NCBI GenBank assembly: GCA_020891255.1
Contig: BQFW01000002.1
Coordinates: 2,480,001-2,544,000 of the forward strand
Direction: 5' to 3'
Length of the DNA stretch: 64,000 bases
DNA from: Entomortierella parvispora E1425
Lineage: Eukaryota; Fungi; Mortierellomycota
The position numbers were made by a program, and so were the translations under genes. Below are positions 45,319 to 57,800 of the stretch, one piece after another. The notes under the pieces were generated by a model. That model made no database searches, had not been told where the DNA came from, and saw nothing but the letters and a program-made list of their open reading frames with translations. Position 1 is the stretch's first letter. Every line of letters starts with the position of its first letter.

Positions 45319-47231
45319 ATGAACGTTCTCATGGTCCTGTTTCTGTCTTTAATCATGGTACATTGCCACTGCACAGGCAACTTGACTTTACTCTGTGTCG
45401 CCCGCAGTGAAGACGATGCTGCTCTTTACAGCTTTGGGTTAGGATTCAACAACTCTTTGACAAACCCTACGCAGCTCATTATCCTTCTCAAGGCTCCCAT
45501 TCCTCCAGTGCCACCCTCTTCTCTGTCATCTCTGACCTGGTCGTTGGTGTCAATGGTTGAACTGTCGAAAATGCACACCATCTATTCATCCGGTGATTTG
45601 GCGAACACTGCCTGTGCCGCTTCCTCCACTGGCGTTTATACTTTCGTATCCCAATACCCGGTCAAGGGAGGGTTCAGATATGATCCCACCCTGGGTTCAG
45701 GGGCCCCTCCCCCACCTTCAACTGACAACTTTCAACAGTCTGACCCGTACTGGGTCAGCATCACTGTGGATCTTGGGAGCAACTGGACATCCACCTTGAA
45801 CGTGTTCCCACAACTCTTTTATGTGCCTGTCACGGCCGGATCGTCGGGTACAAATGGTCGCAGTCTGGTGATGGTTGGGTTGAGGAATAACACTGTGCTG
45901 TTTGCGCAAGAGAATCAGACCCGAGGATTCAACAACACTGGTACCCTGCAAACGGTAACTTGAATGGCGGCTCCAACGTGCAGGCTCTCTTCATCCACAC
46001 ACACACGCACACACTAATTTTTTTCCAGCCAATGGACTATCTGAGGACTATTTCCGGTATCACGCACTCAAATGGAAGGCTTTACCTCATTGGAGCCCCT
46101 AGTTCGTCCGCGGCAGCGAACCAAGCCGGTGTATTGAGCATGCCTCTCCAGGACGGCCATGTCTCGAGTCTGCCCTCAGCGACCGACCTCAAGTACTACA
46201 ATTCCACACCGCCAAATACTGGGTCGCCAGCTCCGTCTTGTCTTTCTAGTCTATCTGTGGCTGCATCCATCGCTGGAAACAGTTTGTATTTTGTGTGCAT
46301 GGGGGTAATGAAGCATAGCAAAAGCAGATATACATGTGCGATAGGAGGGATGAAGGCTCAGAACTAACCGTCTTGCTTCTCATTGGGCCGAAAAAAGCCA
46401 TACGAGGCATCCAACACCATGTTCTCGATCCAAAATTTAGCGACGGATACATTGGTCGGCCCTGCCATAACGATCCCTGGACTCAGTACCACCCCTTCGG
46501 CGTCATATCCGGGTTATATGCAACGCCAGTTTGAATTTTTTATCCTCACTCCTTCCGCAGCGTCCCCTCCATCGGCATCCAAGGGGTATGGGTTCTTGAT
46601 GAGAGGCGACGGTCCTCGCGCGTTTCCTCTGGATGGATCTGGTCCAGTCTTGTTGGACCAGAAGGACCCGATCACCTACATTCCTGATTTGGATTACAAC
46701 AAATACAGTGGATCCATCCATTATAATGATACGAACAGTGTCAACACTCTCTCTGGTGGAGCTTTGGCCGGTATTGCCATTGGTGTAGTGGCCTTCTTCA
46801 CTTGCGCAATTTGGGTGAGGCTCAAACATCGAGCCATGTTGCGGGCAGCAGCCCAGCAAGAACAGGACACTGTGAGTCAAGCCCTCCAGCAACAACGGGA
46901 GCGATTGGCAGGTCACGTCTTCCCGGACCTGAACGAAGGCATCCATGGGAGTTCAGAGCAGCAAAAAGGTGGCGCCTACAATGTGGAAATCGTTTCATCT
47001 TCACCATCCTCACCACCGCCACTCCGTCCACGACCACAAATGTCCCCATCCACCTCGCTAGGGCTATCATACCAGCCATACACGTTGCTGCAGACCTCAC
47101 CCAGCGACAGCTTCCCTGACCTCAGCAATGGCTCCTCTCAAGAGCAGTTCCGTGATACACTTCAGCTCTCGTCTCACCCCAAGCCCAAAGTGGCAACCAC
47201 TGTCACTCAGACATTAAACAATAATATCTAA
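45319..47231 (+). CDS. Type I single-pass membrane protein with a beta-rich ectodomain (unknown function)
   Basis: Signal-like MNVLMVLFLSLIMVHC; introns 45955-46028 and 46305-46397 keep the frame; TM segment GGALAGIAIGVVAFFTCAIWV followed by RLKHR; Pro/Ser-rich tail ending LQLSSHPKPKVATTV. Confidence 0.8.
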
Positions 47232-47589
47232 AGGAAGGAGGAAGCAGCTAGAAAACAATAAAGTCACTTCACTTCAAACGCTCAAAAACGCGACGGGGCG
47301 TATCTGCAACTTACACTGACTTTTCTTGCAGAGCAAAGCCCTCCTGGTATTCTTGGCTCGTTTCCCCTGGATCTACGTTTATCGCGTGCCTCTGGGTGAG
47401 ATCATTGTCGCCTATCACTGTCTGCAGTACGTCCCCATCCCCGAATATGACAGGGCTCACACAAGATTGTGGCAGTGCTCGCAACTCCAGGGGAATCGGC
47501 GAACGGAAACAAAAGTGCACTCCTTAGCTTCGTTTCTTGAGTTTGGGCACCTGGTGCCGCCAGCGGGGAAGCTTCTATTTTTCCTTTTC

Positions 47590-48090
47590 CCTGGTACGCT
47601 CCAACGCTAGCTCAAAAGCAAACGGACAGTGGGAATCAAGTAGTCTTGCAACAACACCAAGGGCAATCGGATAGTCATATCTTTCCAAAATGGAATGAAG
47701 GGAACAGTGAGAGCTATGTTCGACACTGAAGCAGACCCTCCTCCATCATCATCATCACCGCCTCCTCTACAACCTCGACCACAGCAATCCTCGCCCTCCT
47801 CGGTTCAGATCCCAGGATTTCTTTCGCCGGCAACACAACTGCAGTCACTGTAACATGGGAACTTGAGCCAGTGCCATTTTTGCCAGAGTTGTCTTAATCA
47901 GCCGTACACTCCAACACCATTCCGGCCCCCACCCAGAGCTGGTAGCAATAACGACCCTCCCGTTGGTCAAGGATCTTCTCAAGAACAGTTTCGTCAGACA
48001 CTTCAGCTCTCGTCTCATCCAAAACCAAGAGTGGCGACTACCATGTATCAAACACTCAATTCAGAGTGTGTCGACTCATTTGTTGCGTAG
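47590..48090 (+). pseudogene. Second decayed tail paralog of the membrane protein
   Basis: AQKQTDSGNQVVLQQHQGQSDSHIFPKWNEG aligns with AQQEQDTVSQALQQQRERLAGHVFPDLNEG; SSSSPPPLQPRPQ; GSSQEQFRQTLQLSSHPKPRVATTM. Frameshifts and stops are present. Confidence 0.75.
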
Positions 48091-48491
48091 TTCTCTTACC
48101 GTAGAATAATACTGTCGGGTTTGGGGTCAAGCTTCTGCGACAAGCCAAGATCATCGTCGTTCTCACTTGACCAAAAACCATCATCCGTCCGTCCTTCTTC
48201 GTTTAGCCTATGCCCCAGCTCTCAACTTTTCTTCTCTCCTTCCCTCCTCACACAAGAAAAAACGTGGAGCCCTCTCCCCTCATTTTTGAGTTGACAAAAG
48301 GGGAAAATGGTGATCCATCTCTAGAAACTTTCCGGTAACTGTCAATCGAGTTGGCTCCTCTCTTCCACTCTCAGTCAAGTTCTTTTCTCCTTTTTTTTTT
48401 TTTTTTTTTTTTTTTTGTGCTCTCATTTTATTGTCATGACTCTATGGGTGGGTAACCGATGTCAATTGGATCACCCAATTGGCCACGGTGT

Positions 48492-50764
48492 TTAGATCAA
48501 GATGGACTCAAAGTACCCATGAACATCCTCCCATGCGCTCTGACCTACACCTTGAACTCGGTACGCAATATGGGAGTCGGGCCGAACCACGACGATTGCA
48601 CCCTTGCCTTCGTTCTTTGCAGCAGCATCGATCCCGTACCGTTTGTGCAACATCTTCCCTACATCTGTATGCACTTTGCCTTCACCGACAACATTCCTGC
48701 GCGCTGCCAAGAACTGAGCAGCTGTTGCAGCTTGGGAACCCGAAACGGTTGTCAGGACGTGAACCATGAATTGGGGGCGCAGAGAGTCCTTATTCTCGTT
48801 GTGCTCGACGGGAACACCGCTGGAAGAGGGCCACCTTGAACGCCACTCTGCAAGGTAACATTCTAGAGACTGCACAAGCTCAGAAGCAGCAGCGGGTCGA
48901 TGCTTCCATAGGCTTCCAGTGAACACGAGAATTTGAAAGACTCCTGGGTGAGCCATGAGCTCGTGCAGTCGAACCGTGTCATCGCTTGTCATACTATTGG
49001 CTGTGCGGCTGTGCTGGCGGTCGTGGTTGCTGCCGTCATTGCTCTCGCTGTTGTTGCTTCTGTTTTCGCCTTCCTTCCCGCTTGTGTCCGTGGGTCCATT
49101 GCTGACATGACTAAACTCGCTATCGCTGTTATGGCCACTGTCAATACGGCCAAGAAACGGCACAAGGGGACCGTCACGAGCACGACAACCAATCGCTCCT
49201 ACATCGGAGGCTGAGGCCTTTTGAGTCTTGTGGCTCTTGTTCAGTGAGTTTTCATAGTAGCGAAGACCAAGCTAAGATTTCGACATCCAAGCATGATTTT
49301 TTTAGTATGGAGCTCGTGGATGAAATGGTCGTTTTGTCACTGAGGCTATCCGCCTTACCATGGACATTTTGGGCGCTCTGTTCGCTGCTAGAGGCAAGAG
49401 GATAGGTGCCAGGGCAACAGCCACGCGCTTGACGCAACGCTGGATCAAGTTACCGGCCCAAACACTTTCCAGGGTGTCGGATGACAATTGGATGATCTCG
49501 TCACCGATGGCAGTTCGTTCCTCACTGTAAGAGTCCAACAAAGTGCTCGGTGCTGTGCCATTAATAACCATCGCCATCTTCCACACCAGGTTATAAGCAT
49601 CTTGAAGACCAGTGTTCATACCCTGACCCCCTGCTGGTGAGTGGATATGAGCTGCATCACCTGCCAAAAAAATCCGTCCCTTATAAGAGTACTCCCGAGC
49701 CCGACGTTCGTTGATGCGATAATATGTCAGCCAATTGACCTTGGTGATCTTCAACTGCAGCGGCCTCACCACGTCGTCCAGCATCTTTTGAAACTCCTCG
49801 ATTGTGATGGGTTTGGACTTTTGAAGCTCGAATTCCTCGGGTTCCAGAAAGCCATTGTCAAAGACGATGCGAACACGGTCCTTTTCGCCTAGTGGGAGCA
49901 CGGCCACGCTGCGATGACCATTCCCGTTGATCACACTGTACAAGAAAAGACGAACGTTAGAATCCGACCATTGGAGTGCGCGATGCCATGTCAAGTTCTA
50001 TCGACCACATACTTCATTTTCTCGAGGTCGAGGGTCGTGTCCAGGATGCCGTCAAACAGGATCATACTGACGTTTCGTGTCCTTCCTGGGAATGGCATGT
50101 TGATCTTGTGTCGCACTGCCGATCGGCCTCCATCGGCCCCAATGAGGTACTTTGACTTGACGACCTCGTACTCGTATCGCTTTTCTTCATCCTCCTCTGC
50201 AAGCTCCAGGGTGCCAAAGATTTGATTCGCCTCGCCCGCTCTCTTGTTGGTTCCTACCACTGCTCTTCTCATCATCGTCTCCACCCAAGAATCGCCATCT
50301 GCAGAGGAGCCCTCGACAACTTTTGTATCGATCAGCTCCCATCCGCGGTCGACCTTTGTCCCGGATGCCTTCTCGAACGCGTCTGCGAGGATTTTGACCG
50401 TCTTGTTTTGGATCAAGCACAGGGCCTTTTTAAAATGGGATTCCTTGATGGGGAGGGCCTCGATTTCGCCGGCGAGTTTGCCATTGTAGTAGATATGAAA
50501 GCTGGGCATCATAAAGCCCTGATCCATGAGTTCTTGTAGCAAGCTGGGGTCTGTCATGTCCAAGATCTCTTGAGTCCGAGCATGGATGCCCACGGCCTTG
50601 GAGAGCGGCGAGATCTCAAATTCGCGCTCAATGATCCTACAGGGAATGTTCATCTTGGCCAGAAGAATTCCTGCAAAGAGGCCTGTGGGTCCTGCGCCAG
50701 AGATCAGAACTGGAGTCTCTGTGGCCATTGGGGTAGGACAAGTAGGTGTGACGAGGGCTTCCAT
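48492..50764 (-). CDS. FAD-dependent aromatic-ring monooxygenase (PheA/TfdB-like, group A flavoprotein), multi-exon
   Basis: GAGPTG Rossmann motif, LIGADGGRSAVR (DG motif), FLAGDAAHIHSPAGGQGMNTGLQDAYNL (GD motif), C-terminal VVVRPDSHIAYR. Start at 50764 or 50728. Confidence 0.9.
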
Positions 50765-51262
50765 GCTTTTTTTTCTTTTGTTTTGTCGTTGTTTTCGGTT
50801 TTATTGAACTGCAGTTGGAGGGACATGATGGGCGGCCCTTTATATATGATCTTCGGGCAGTTGGGAATGGCTTTTTGAAGAGCCTCGGGTACTCACTTTA
50901 TCCGTGAGAAATCCTGGATCTCCGTTACTCCTGGACAACCAGAGATGGCATGGGAGCATTGGAGCGGAAAAGGAAAAAAAAGACATGCGGCAACGTTGAA
51001 AAGGAGATAAAAAGAAAGGAGGTGGGCTTTACATGGACGCAAGCTACGCAGTGAGTCGATCGGAAGGCTGAGGCGACTGCCCGTCGAAGAAATTTGATCC
51101 TAGGACGGGATGCACGCAAGGTGATGGACCGCATCGACGCCCCAACAGCTCCAATGGGTGGAACTCGTGCCGTAACCCATCGCCTATGCTTGTTCTGCAC
51201 TTCTCACACACGATATTTTTATTGTAAACTTATCAAGGTGGACAGCACCAACCCTACTGGAT

Positions 51263-51784
51263 CTATTCTTCTGTCGCCCTATAGTATCCACCGTCCGGGT
51301 TCCCTTCGAAATGAAGCACCTTAAAGTAGTTGCCATCTCCGTACAAGTTCTTGCCGTCCTTCAAGATATGGGTGTGCCCGTATTCTGCACAGTCACTCAC
51401 CGTCCAAGTCATTGGCCAGCCGACATCTAGGTATTGCTCTTCCGTGGCACTGGTATCTCCAGATGAAGTGGCATATTGGACGACGTAGTTGCCTGGCTCT
51501 CCTGCGAACGACAAAGCAAAGGTGCATGTGGTGTCGCTCTGCCAGATGACATGGAAGAGACACTCATATTCCTCGCCCCCATACTCATTAAGCTTGTTGA
51601 TTTGTTCCATGCGGTCCCTTTCCTGATACTCTTGAGGCGCGTCGACATTGGCAGGAAGAAGGGCGACTCGACTCATTTCGTGTTGCCCAAGTCCATTTTG
51701 AACCAACAGAATAGCCTTAGTTGCATGGCCATTGAGCACGTTTTGATGTACCACGATACATTCTGAAGGGGTGAGTAGAACCAT
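51263..51784 (-). CDS. Hypothetical intronless acidic protein (~173 aa)
   Basis: Complex, non-repetitive ORF starting MVLLTPSEC..., in a gene-sized gap between the monooxygenase and DTD1; no motif recognised. Confidence 0.5.
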   Translation of the reverse strand: MVLLTPSECIVVHQNVLNGHATKAILLVQNGLGQHEMSRVALLPANVDAPQEYQERDRMEQINKLNEYGGEEYECLFHVIWQSDTTCTFALSFAGEPGNYVVQYATSSGDTSATEEQYLDVGWPMTWTVSDCAEYGHTHILKDGKNLYGDGNYFKVLHFEGNPDGGYYRATEE

Positions 51785-52121
51785 TGTCAAATATACCTTT
51801 AAGTGTTGAGTGCAGAAGGTGTGTTGCTGTAGGGGTGGTCTTTGGGTGAAGGGATAAGGATGCCAAGAAAGTGAAAGGTTGATGGGAGTAGGCATCCCTT
51901 TTATTTGTAGTCAATTCGAACATCTCGTTCACCTTCCAAAGGGTCTGTGTAGCTCAACGCCCACCACCGAAGCGCGTACTTCTTTGGCAAGCAAGCAGAT
52001 TTTTGCTTTGCCTGCATCCTCGGATTCCTCGCTAAAACATGTTGGGTCACACAAACGTCGTTCTCGGTTTTTGTCTATTGTTTGTCTATTGTTTGTCTAA
52101 TTCCTTTCTATTTATTTTATT

Positions 52122-53414
52122 CTACTTGGACTCTTCCGAGTTCAACCTCACGTCCTTGATGGCTTCGATTGTTTGGTTCAGGCCATGCGACAGGGGTTCC
52201 GGTGTATCCGGTGAAGGTGAGGGCGATTCTGAGGGTGTGTTGGTCTTGGTCGTCTCTGAGCTCACTGGTGCAGATTTGGACCCTTGAGCCTTTGCTTTCT
52301 TCAGTGCCGCAGCCTCCGCCAGTGCCGCAGTCTTCATGGCCTTTGCAACAGCAGGATTGGTCTTGCTGCAAACAGGGACGTACTCAAACTTGCGAGAGTC
52401 CAGTTCCAAAGTCACAGGTCCATCGTTGGCAATGTTCACAAGCATCATGGCGCCAAACTCACCGTCTATTCCGCAATGAAAAAGGTAGTCATGACAAAGT
52501 GAGGATCACGAAAGTGACTATGACGTATACAGATTGTTGGACAATGAACATGGTCATTCATTTTCCGACGTTTGTTTGTTCTTACCCTTGATCCGGTCAG
52601 ACTTGTAAGCTTTTCGAAGGCGCGCCAAGAAGTCATGGTACATATCCTTGGACTGAGTTGACTTCATGGAGAGGTGAAAGTCTGGCTTGCTTCCTTTGAT
52701 AACCTGGCCGTACAGGGTAAACTGCGACACTGTGGATGTCATGTTGTAGTTGAAGAGAGGTGAAAGAGATCAGAGTTAAGAAACGGGAGAGCACCTGCTG
52801 GCATCGTCCTGCATGGATCGTCGAGATGTCGAGATGTCGTGCTTTTGTTTTTCAAGTTGTTCATACCGCACAGAATCTCGCCTCCAATGTCGACAACGCT
52901 CTTGGCCCACATCCTGTTTGGCTCCTCGACAGCATCTGCCGTACTTTCAGTTGGCAAGGAAGCAGGGGCGTCCACATGAGCGGTATGAGAATCAAAGACT
53001 CGAACGGACAGGAGCTTCTTGACCATGTAGTCCAGATCAGCAGTGGTATCATCCACAGACAAGCCGATCAGGACACAAAGGCCCCGCTTGATCTTTGAGA
53101 TTTGCTGGCCGTTAACTATATCATTGTGGGGGCAAAACTGATAGGGTGAGTAGGGTATTGAGGACCAAGTTTTGTTATAGTGAGGAGAAGTGCATGTGGG
53201 CGAAAAGGGTGAGGAGTTACCTTCTACGCTGGCCTGCACCACTCTTTGAAGAACCTATTGGCCGAGAACAGACATGATCAGCGAGCGGTCAGTTGAGAAT
53301 GAAATGAGAGACGATCCCGAGAACCTGGTGTCAATGCGATGGCAATAAGAGTAGAAGGAGTGCAGGAGAGAGAAGGGCACAGAGAAAAGGAGAATCTATC
53401 GTTACAGCTCGCAT
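52122..53414 (-). CDS. DTD1: D-aminoacyl-tRNA deacylase
   Basis: Spliced MRA|VLQRVVQASVE|...GLCVLIG...RVFD...MWAKSVVDIGGEILC|VSQFTLYG..KGSKPDFH...|GEFGAMMLVNIANDGPVT, with the SQFTL and DGPVT signatures. Confidence 0.95.
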
Positions 53415-53444
53415 GGTCGGATGGGGTTCGAGAAGAGAGTGGGT

Positions 53445-53621
53445 GAATGAATGAATGAATGAATGAATGGAAAGAAAGCGGAAAAAGAGGCTCTGTCTGT
53501 GTGTGCCCCTTCAAAATGAGCCCCAACCAACCGGAACCATGCTTTTCTTTCTTGCTTCAATTTCAATTCATTCATTCATTCATCCATCCATCCATCCATC
53601 CATCCATCCATCCATCCATCC
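53445..53621. repeat. Inverted microsatellites (GAAT)6 and (ATTC)4(ATCC)10 in the DTD1/PEX39-like divergent promoter
   Basis: Read directly at 53445-53468 and 53566-53621. Confidence 0.9.
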
Positions 53622-53648
53622 TCTTCTCCTCCATCATCACATCCAGTC

Positions 53649-54656
53649 ATGGAACTCGCATCCTCAACCACAGCACCGCAGCAGTCTGTCTTTGAGCTCT
53701 TTGAGCGGTACGACTTTGACCATGACCCGACATTCCAGGTACATTTCCATTGCAGGACCATGCTTCTTGGACCACTCGTCCCCCAGTTTGCTCTGTCTTT
53801 CTTTCTCTCTCTCTCTCTCTCTCGGCCAAAGATTAACCGCAGATTCAATTCTACGTTTTCAGTCCGGACTCAAGTCCATTGTCGCCAACAACCAGACAAA
53901 GTCGGCTCAGGAGCAGGAGGAAGCCATCAAGAACGCCCGTTACTTTTACTTTTCCAGGTACCGTAAAATGAAAGGGGGGGGGGGGGATCTTCACATGATA
54001 AACCAAGGATCAGTTGTTCCCTTGTCAGCGCGGATGTCGTCGCTAACCACCTTCTGGGGTCCTTTACTGGCACCTAGATTTGTTCAGAACTTTGACTTGA
54101 AGGAATATCAGGCATGGGCTGCTCAGCGATCTGGATCTACAGGAGAGACCTCAACATCTTCTTCCACCCAAGGACAGTCCCAGGCACAGGAGAACAACGA
54201 AGCGACCGCTTCTGATACCACAACGTCGACCGCTGGTAAGCGACGATGATCTTTCTGTCATCCCTTACTGTTGAATCCTCCAGAGGTTCTTGCCATGTCA
54301 AAAAGTCAATTGACTCACTCCCCTCTTCTCTTTCTCGGTTACATCTTTTGCATTCCTTTGTTTGAAAGCAGATCCAAGTTACCCAAAATCATTCCAGGAG
54401 ATCTGTGAGCTCATTGCCTCTGGAAAGCCCATTCCAGGTACAGATGGAGTACCAACGCGGACGAAAGAAAAGGTTTACTTTGACTACAAGAAGGGTCTCC
54501 ATTGATATTTATCTTTTGTCCATTTTTTTTCTTATCTCGCACCTAGGCATTCGTCAGATCCCCAACAACCTTGCAGAGGGAACACCAAGTGAGGCAAAGT
54601 TGGCTCCCAAGCCAAAGCCCTGGGAAAAGAAGGCAGCTGCTACAGCTCAGGAGTAA
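53649..54656 (+). CDS. PEX39: PEX39-like (C6orf226/YJR012C family) KPWE-motif peroxisomal PTS2 import factor, multi-exon
   Basis: FERYDFDHDPTFQ|SGL...ARYFYFSR|...SFQEICELIASGKPIPG|IRQIPNNL...SEAKLAPKPKPWEK, with the GxPIPGI and C-terminal KPWE motifs. Confidence 0.75.
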
Positions 54657-54868
54657 AAGTAGACTTGTAAAATAATACAGAATTGGACCTCATGGTGCTC
54701 AAATATCAAGTCTGCCTTTGTGATGATGTGGGAAAACACTACTTTTTTTTTTATTACAGAAAACAAAAAGTCAAAACAAACATTGATAAAAATAATAATG
54801 ATATTCCTTTTCCTTCTTTCCTTCCTCCTCCCTCCTCCCTCCTCCCTCCTTGTTCAGTCCTGGATTCT

Positions 54869-57800
54869 CTATCCCATCAGCTCCTTCAGTTTTCCTCCTG
54901 AGCACTTGAAGCAGAACCGAGCCTGCTTCTCTGCAAATCCAGAGATGGGCACAAATGTACACGTTCCACAAAAGACTCCGCCACAGGTTCGGCAATGGAA
55001 ACGTCTCTCCAGCAAGGGGAATCGACTCTGACAGTTGACACAAACAGTGTCTCGTCCAGGTTGCATCCAGTGAGTACATCCACTGCCGTCCGGCAACACC
55101 CAGATGTAGACTCTTCCTAATGAATCTCCACTGTACAATGCTCGCCTTGTGCTGATAAAATTTCAAAAAAAAAAAAAAAAAAACCCGTTAAATGACTGAA
55201 AAAAAAAAAATCATAGTGCAGATCCAATGTTTTCCTCGCTTCTTTTACCTGGACACATAGAGCGAGACAATGTTGGGAGCCGTGCCTGCATCCATTCGCA
55301 AGCGATCTTCAAACGTATAAGTCTGTCGAAGTCTCAAGGCCCACTTGGCCACTCTTTGCTTGGCCACATGGGTCACCTGCGATGATTGGCGCGTCCTGGA
55401 TCCAAATGAATCCTCTCCGCTACCAGAAGCAACAGTGCCTGCGGTGGTCGTGCTGACACTCGAGTCTGGCATATGGCCAGGGCGGAACGAGGTGGGTGAC
55501 CCAACGTCTACAGGGCTCATGGACTCTTCTGGCTCCTTGTTAGCTCCAGAGTCTTCCTCTGCGATCGTTGCAAATCCTGCAGGGAAGGATGAAGAGGTCG
55601 ATAGAAGCATATTGTCCAGGGAGAGCTGCAAAGAACTCATGCTTCCACTAACTCCATTGCTTCCTCCAGCTAGAGACTGATGTGAATGCCGTTGATACTC
55701 TGCGTCAATCACTGCCTTCTCCCAGACCTTGATGGTGCCTCGTCGATGACTCGTAAAGACAATCTCCCGAGGGACCCATTCGCCTGTCCTTCCTGCGTAA
55801 AAGACACAGTCCAGGATAGGATCTCCAATCTGGGTTGTGTACTTTTGCAAGATCAAGTCTCCATTCACTGTCCAGAGTCTCAGGACTGGTCCAGAGCACG
55901 TTGCAATGTCTCCCGTGGCGTCATTGATGGCCACCACTCGGACACCATCTTCATGTTTGCCCAACTGTCGGACATATTCGAGTCGGTTCAGGTCCCAAAC
56001 GATGCAAGATTTGTCTTCGGAACCCGACACAATGATCGAGTAGGCAACCGAGATCGCCACTGTGTTCACTGTCTCACGGTGGCCTCGAAGGCACTTCATC
56101 AGCTTGAGCTCATACGATCGACTCTGTACAATTCGCCAGATACACACCACCGTATCCCGAGATGTTGTCACAATCGTCCGATCATCGGCCCATTTAACAC
56201 AGGTGATGGCCTCCAGATGTAGGTTTTCAAAAATTCCAAGAACCTTTGTAATAAAGTAGACCAATCGCGAATTGATTAGACATCCAGTCAAAATAGCAGG
56301 GACTTCAAGAAATTCAAGATATTTCGGTTACCTTGTTCGTCTCAGTTTGATAGAGGCGGACAGAATTGTCAGAAAAGCCCCACTCAACGTATTTGCTGCA
56401 GGCATAGGGCTCGTAGGTCCGTTGACTGTGTCCAATGAACGGTTTGTCGCCCTGGTAAATGATCTCGCCAACAGGTAGACCGATATCTAGTCATGTTTGG
56501 TAAATGTTAGTTGTCCATTTCACTGACTGTCACCTCAAAGAGAAAAAAGAGATTATGGGCATTTACCCTTGACCGGAATCACAGATTGAGTCAGATACTC
56601 TGCGTGGTTGCCCAAATTGTAATAGTTGGGAGACATAGGATCCTTGTTGGGAGGAAGACGAGGTCCATGTGGCTTCTTGAACAACTGTCTGGGGGTCTGT
56701 CCAAAGTTGTGAATGATACCGATCGTGGCCGATTTCTGGATATGGTCATCGATAGTATCCAGGTCAATGGCACCCTCGTAGGACATGTGATGGAACACAT
56801 TCACAGCTCGGACAGATTCAGGTCCCTGCTGCTTATATCCAAAGATCAGATCGATCCACTCGTGCAGATGCGCGCTCACATAGTCGCACTCCAGGGCTTC
56901 TCGGTGCTTCTCAATAAAGATCTTGGGGTCATCCTTAGCCCAAGGAGGGAGCGACACATGATCAATCTGCTCGCCTGTCGTTTGGAGCGTTCCGAAATTG
57001 AACCCGTTCGTGTTCATCAAAAACTCTGGCAGATAGTAAAACTCGGGAATGAGCTCTCGGACGTCAGACATGGTCTTTTGAGAAGCCGAGATCCATGATT
57101 TGCCGATCGAGTGGAAGAGTCGATCAGCATGGTCAAATTGACCTCCCTGCAGTTTCAAATACTCTTGCGTGAAGGGCTCCAAACGAATGAGGTAGGAGCA
57201 AACGATCATAGCGGATGAGTAGTGAGTTCCATAGTGGAAAGGTGGTGTCCGATCATCTCCTCCGTCCCATGTGTGGTAACGATCGTTAAAGTCCTTCTCG
57301 CGATCAGGGGTCTGAGCACCCATGGGTCGGGCAAGGTCTCTGAACGTCTTTGGGTTGGTTAGATCCAACTCGGCGCTGGTGTAATCGGCCAAGATCCAAG
57401 GAAAGACGGGGTACTGCGTAAGATCGTTGTAAGTCCTTCCAGCCATCGTGTTCAAGTGCATCAGATACTGGAAGTTTGAAATCTCGTGTCGCTCCCACTT
57501 GGCAGAGATGTCCGCAATCGACGCTGGCGCAAAGATGTTCGCAAGCTTGGATCCAAGAGAGGACTGGGCCTGGCTGCCACTGCTGTTAGGCTCAATCATG
57601 GCAGAGCGATCGCCCATCTGCAAGCTGTTGGTAGCCAAGGATCCGACACGGCTTGCCAACTGGTTGTACACCATATCGCGTTGTTGAAGGTTCAAGTTGA
57701 TGAGATAGTTTCTTCCATCCACAAAGAACAGCTCCAGAGCAACGTTTCTCAGCAAGTATCGACGACGGTGAACCTCCTTAATGTCCTCGAATCGCCACTT

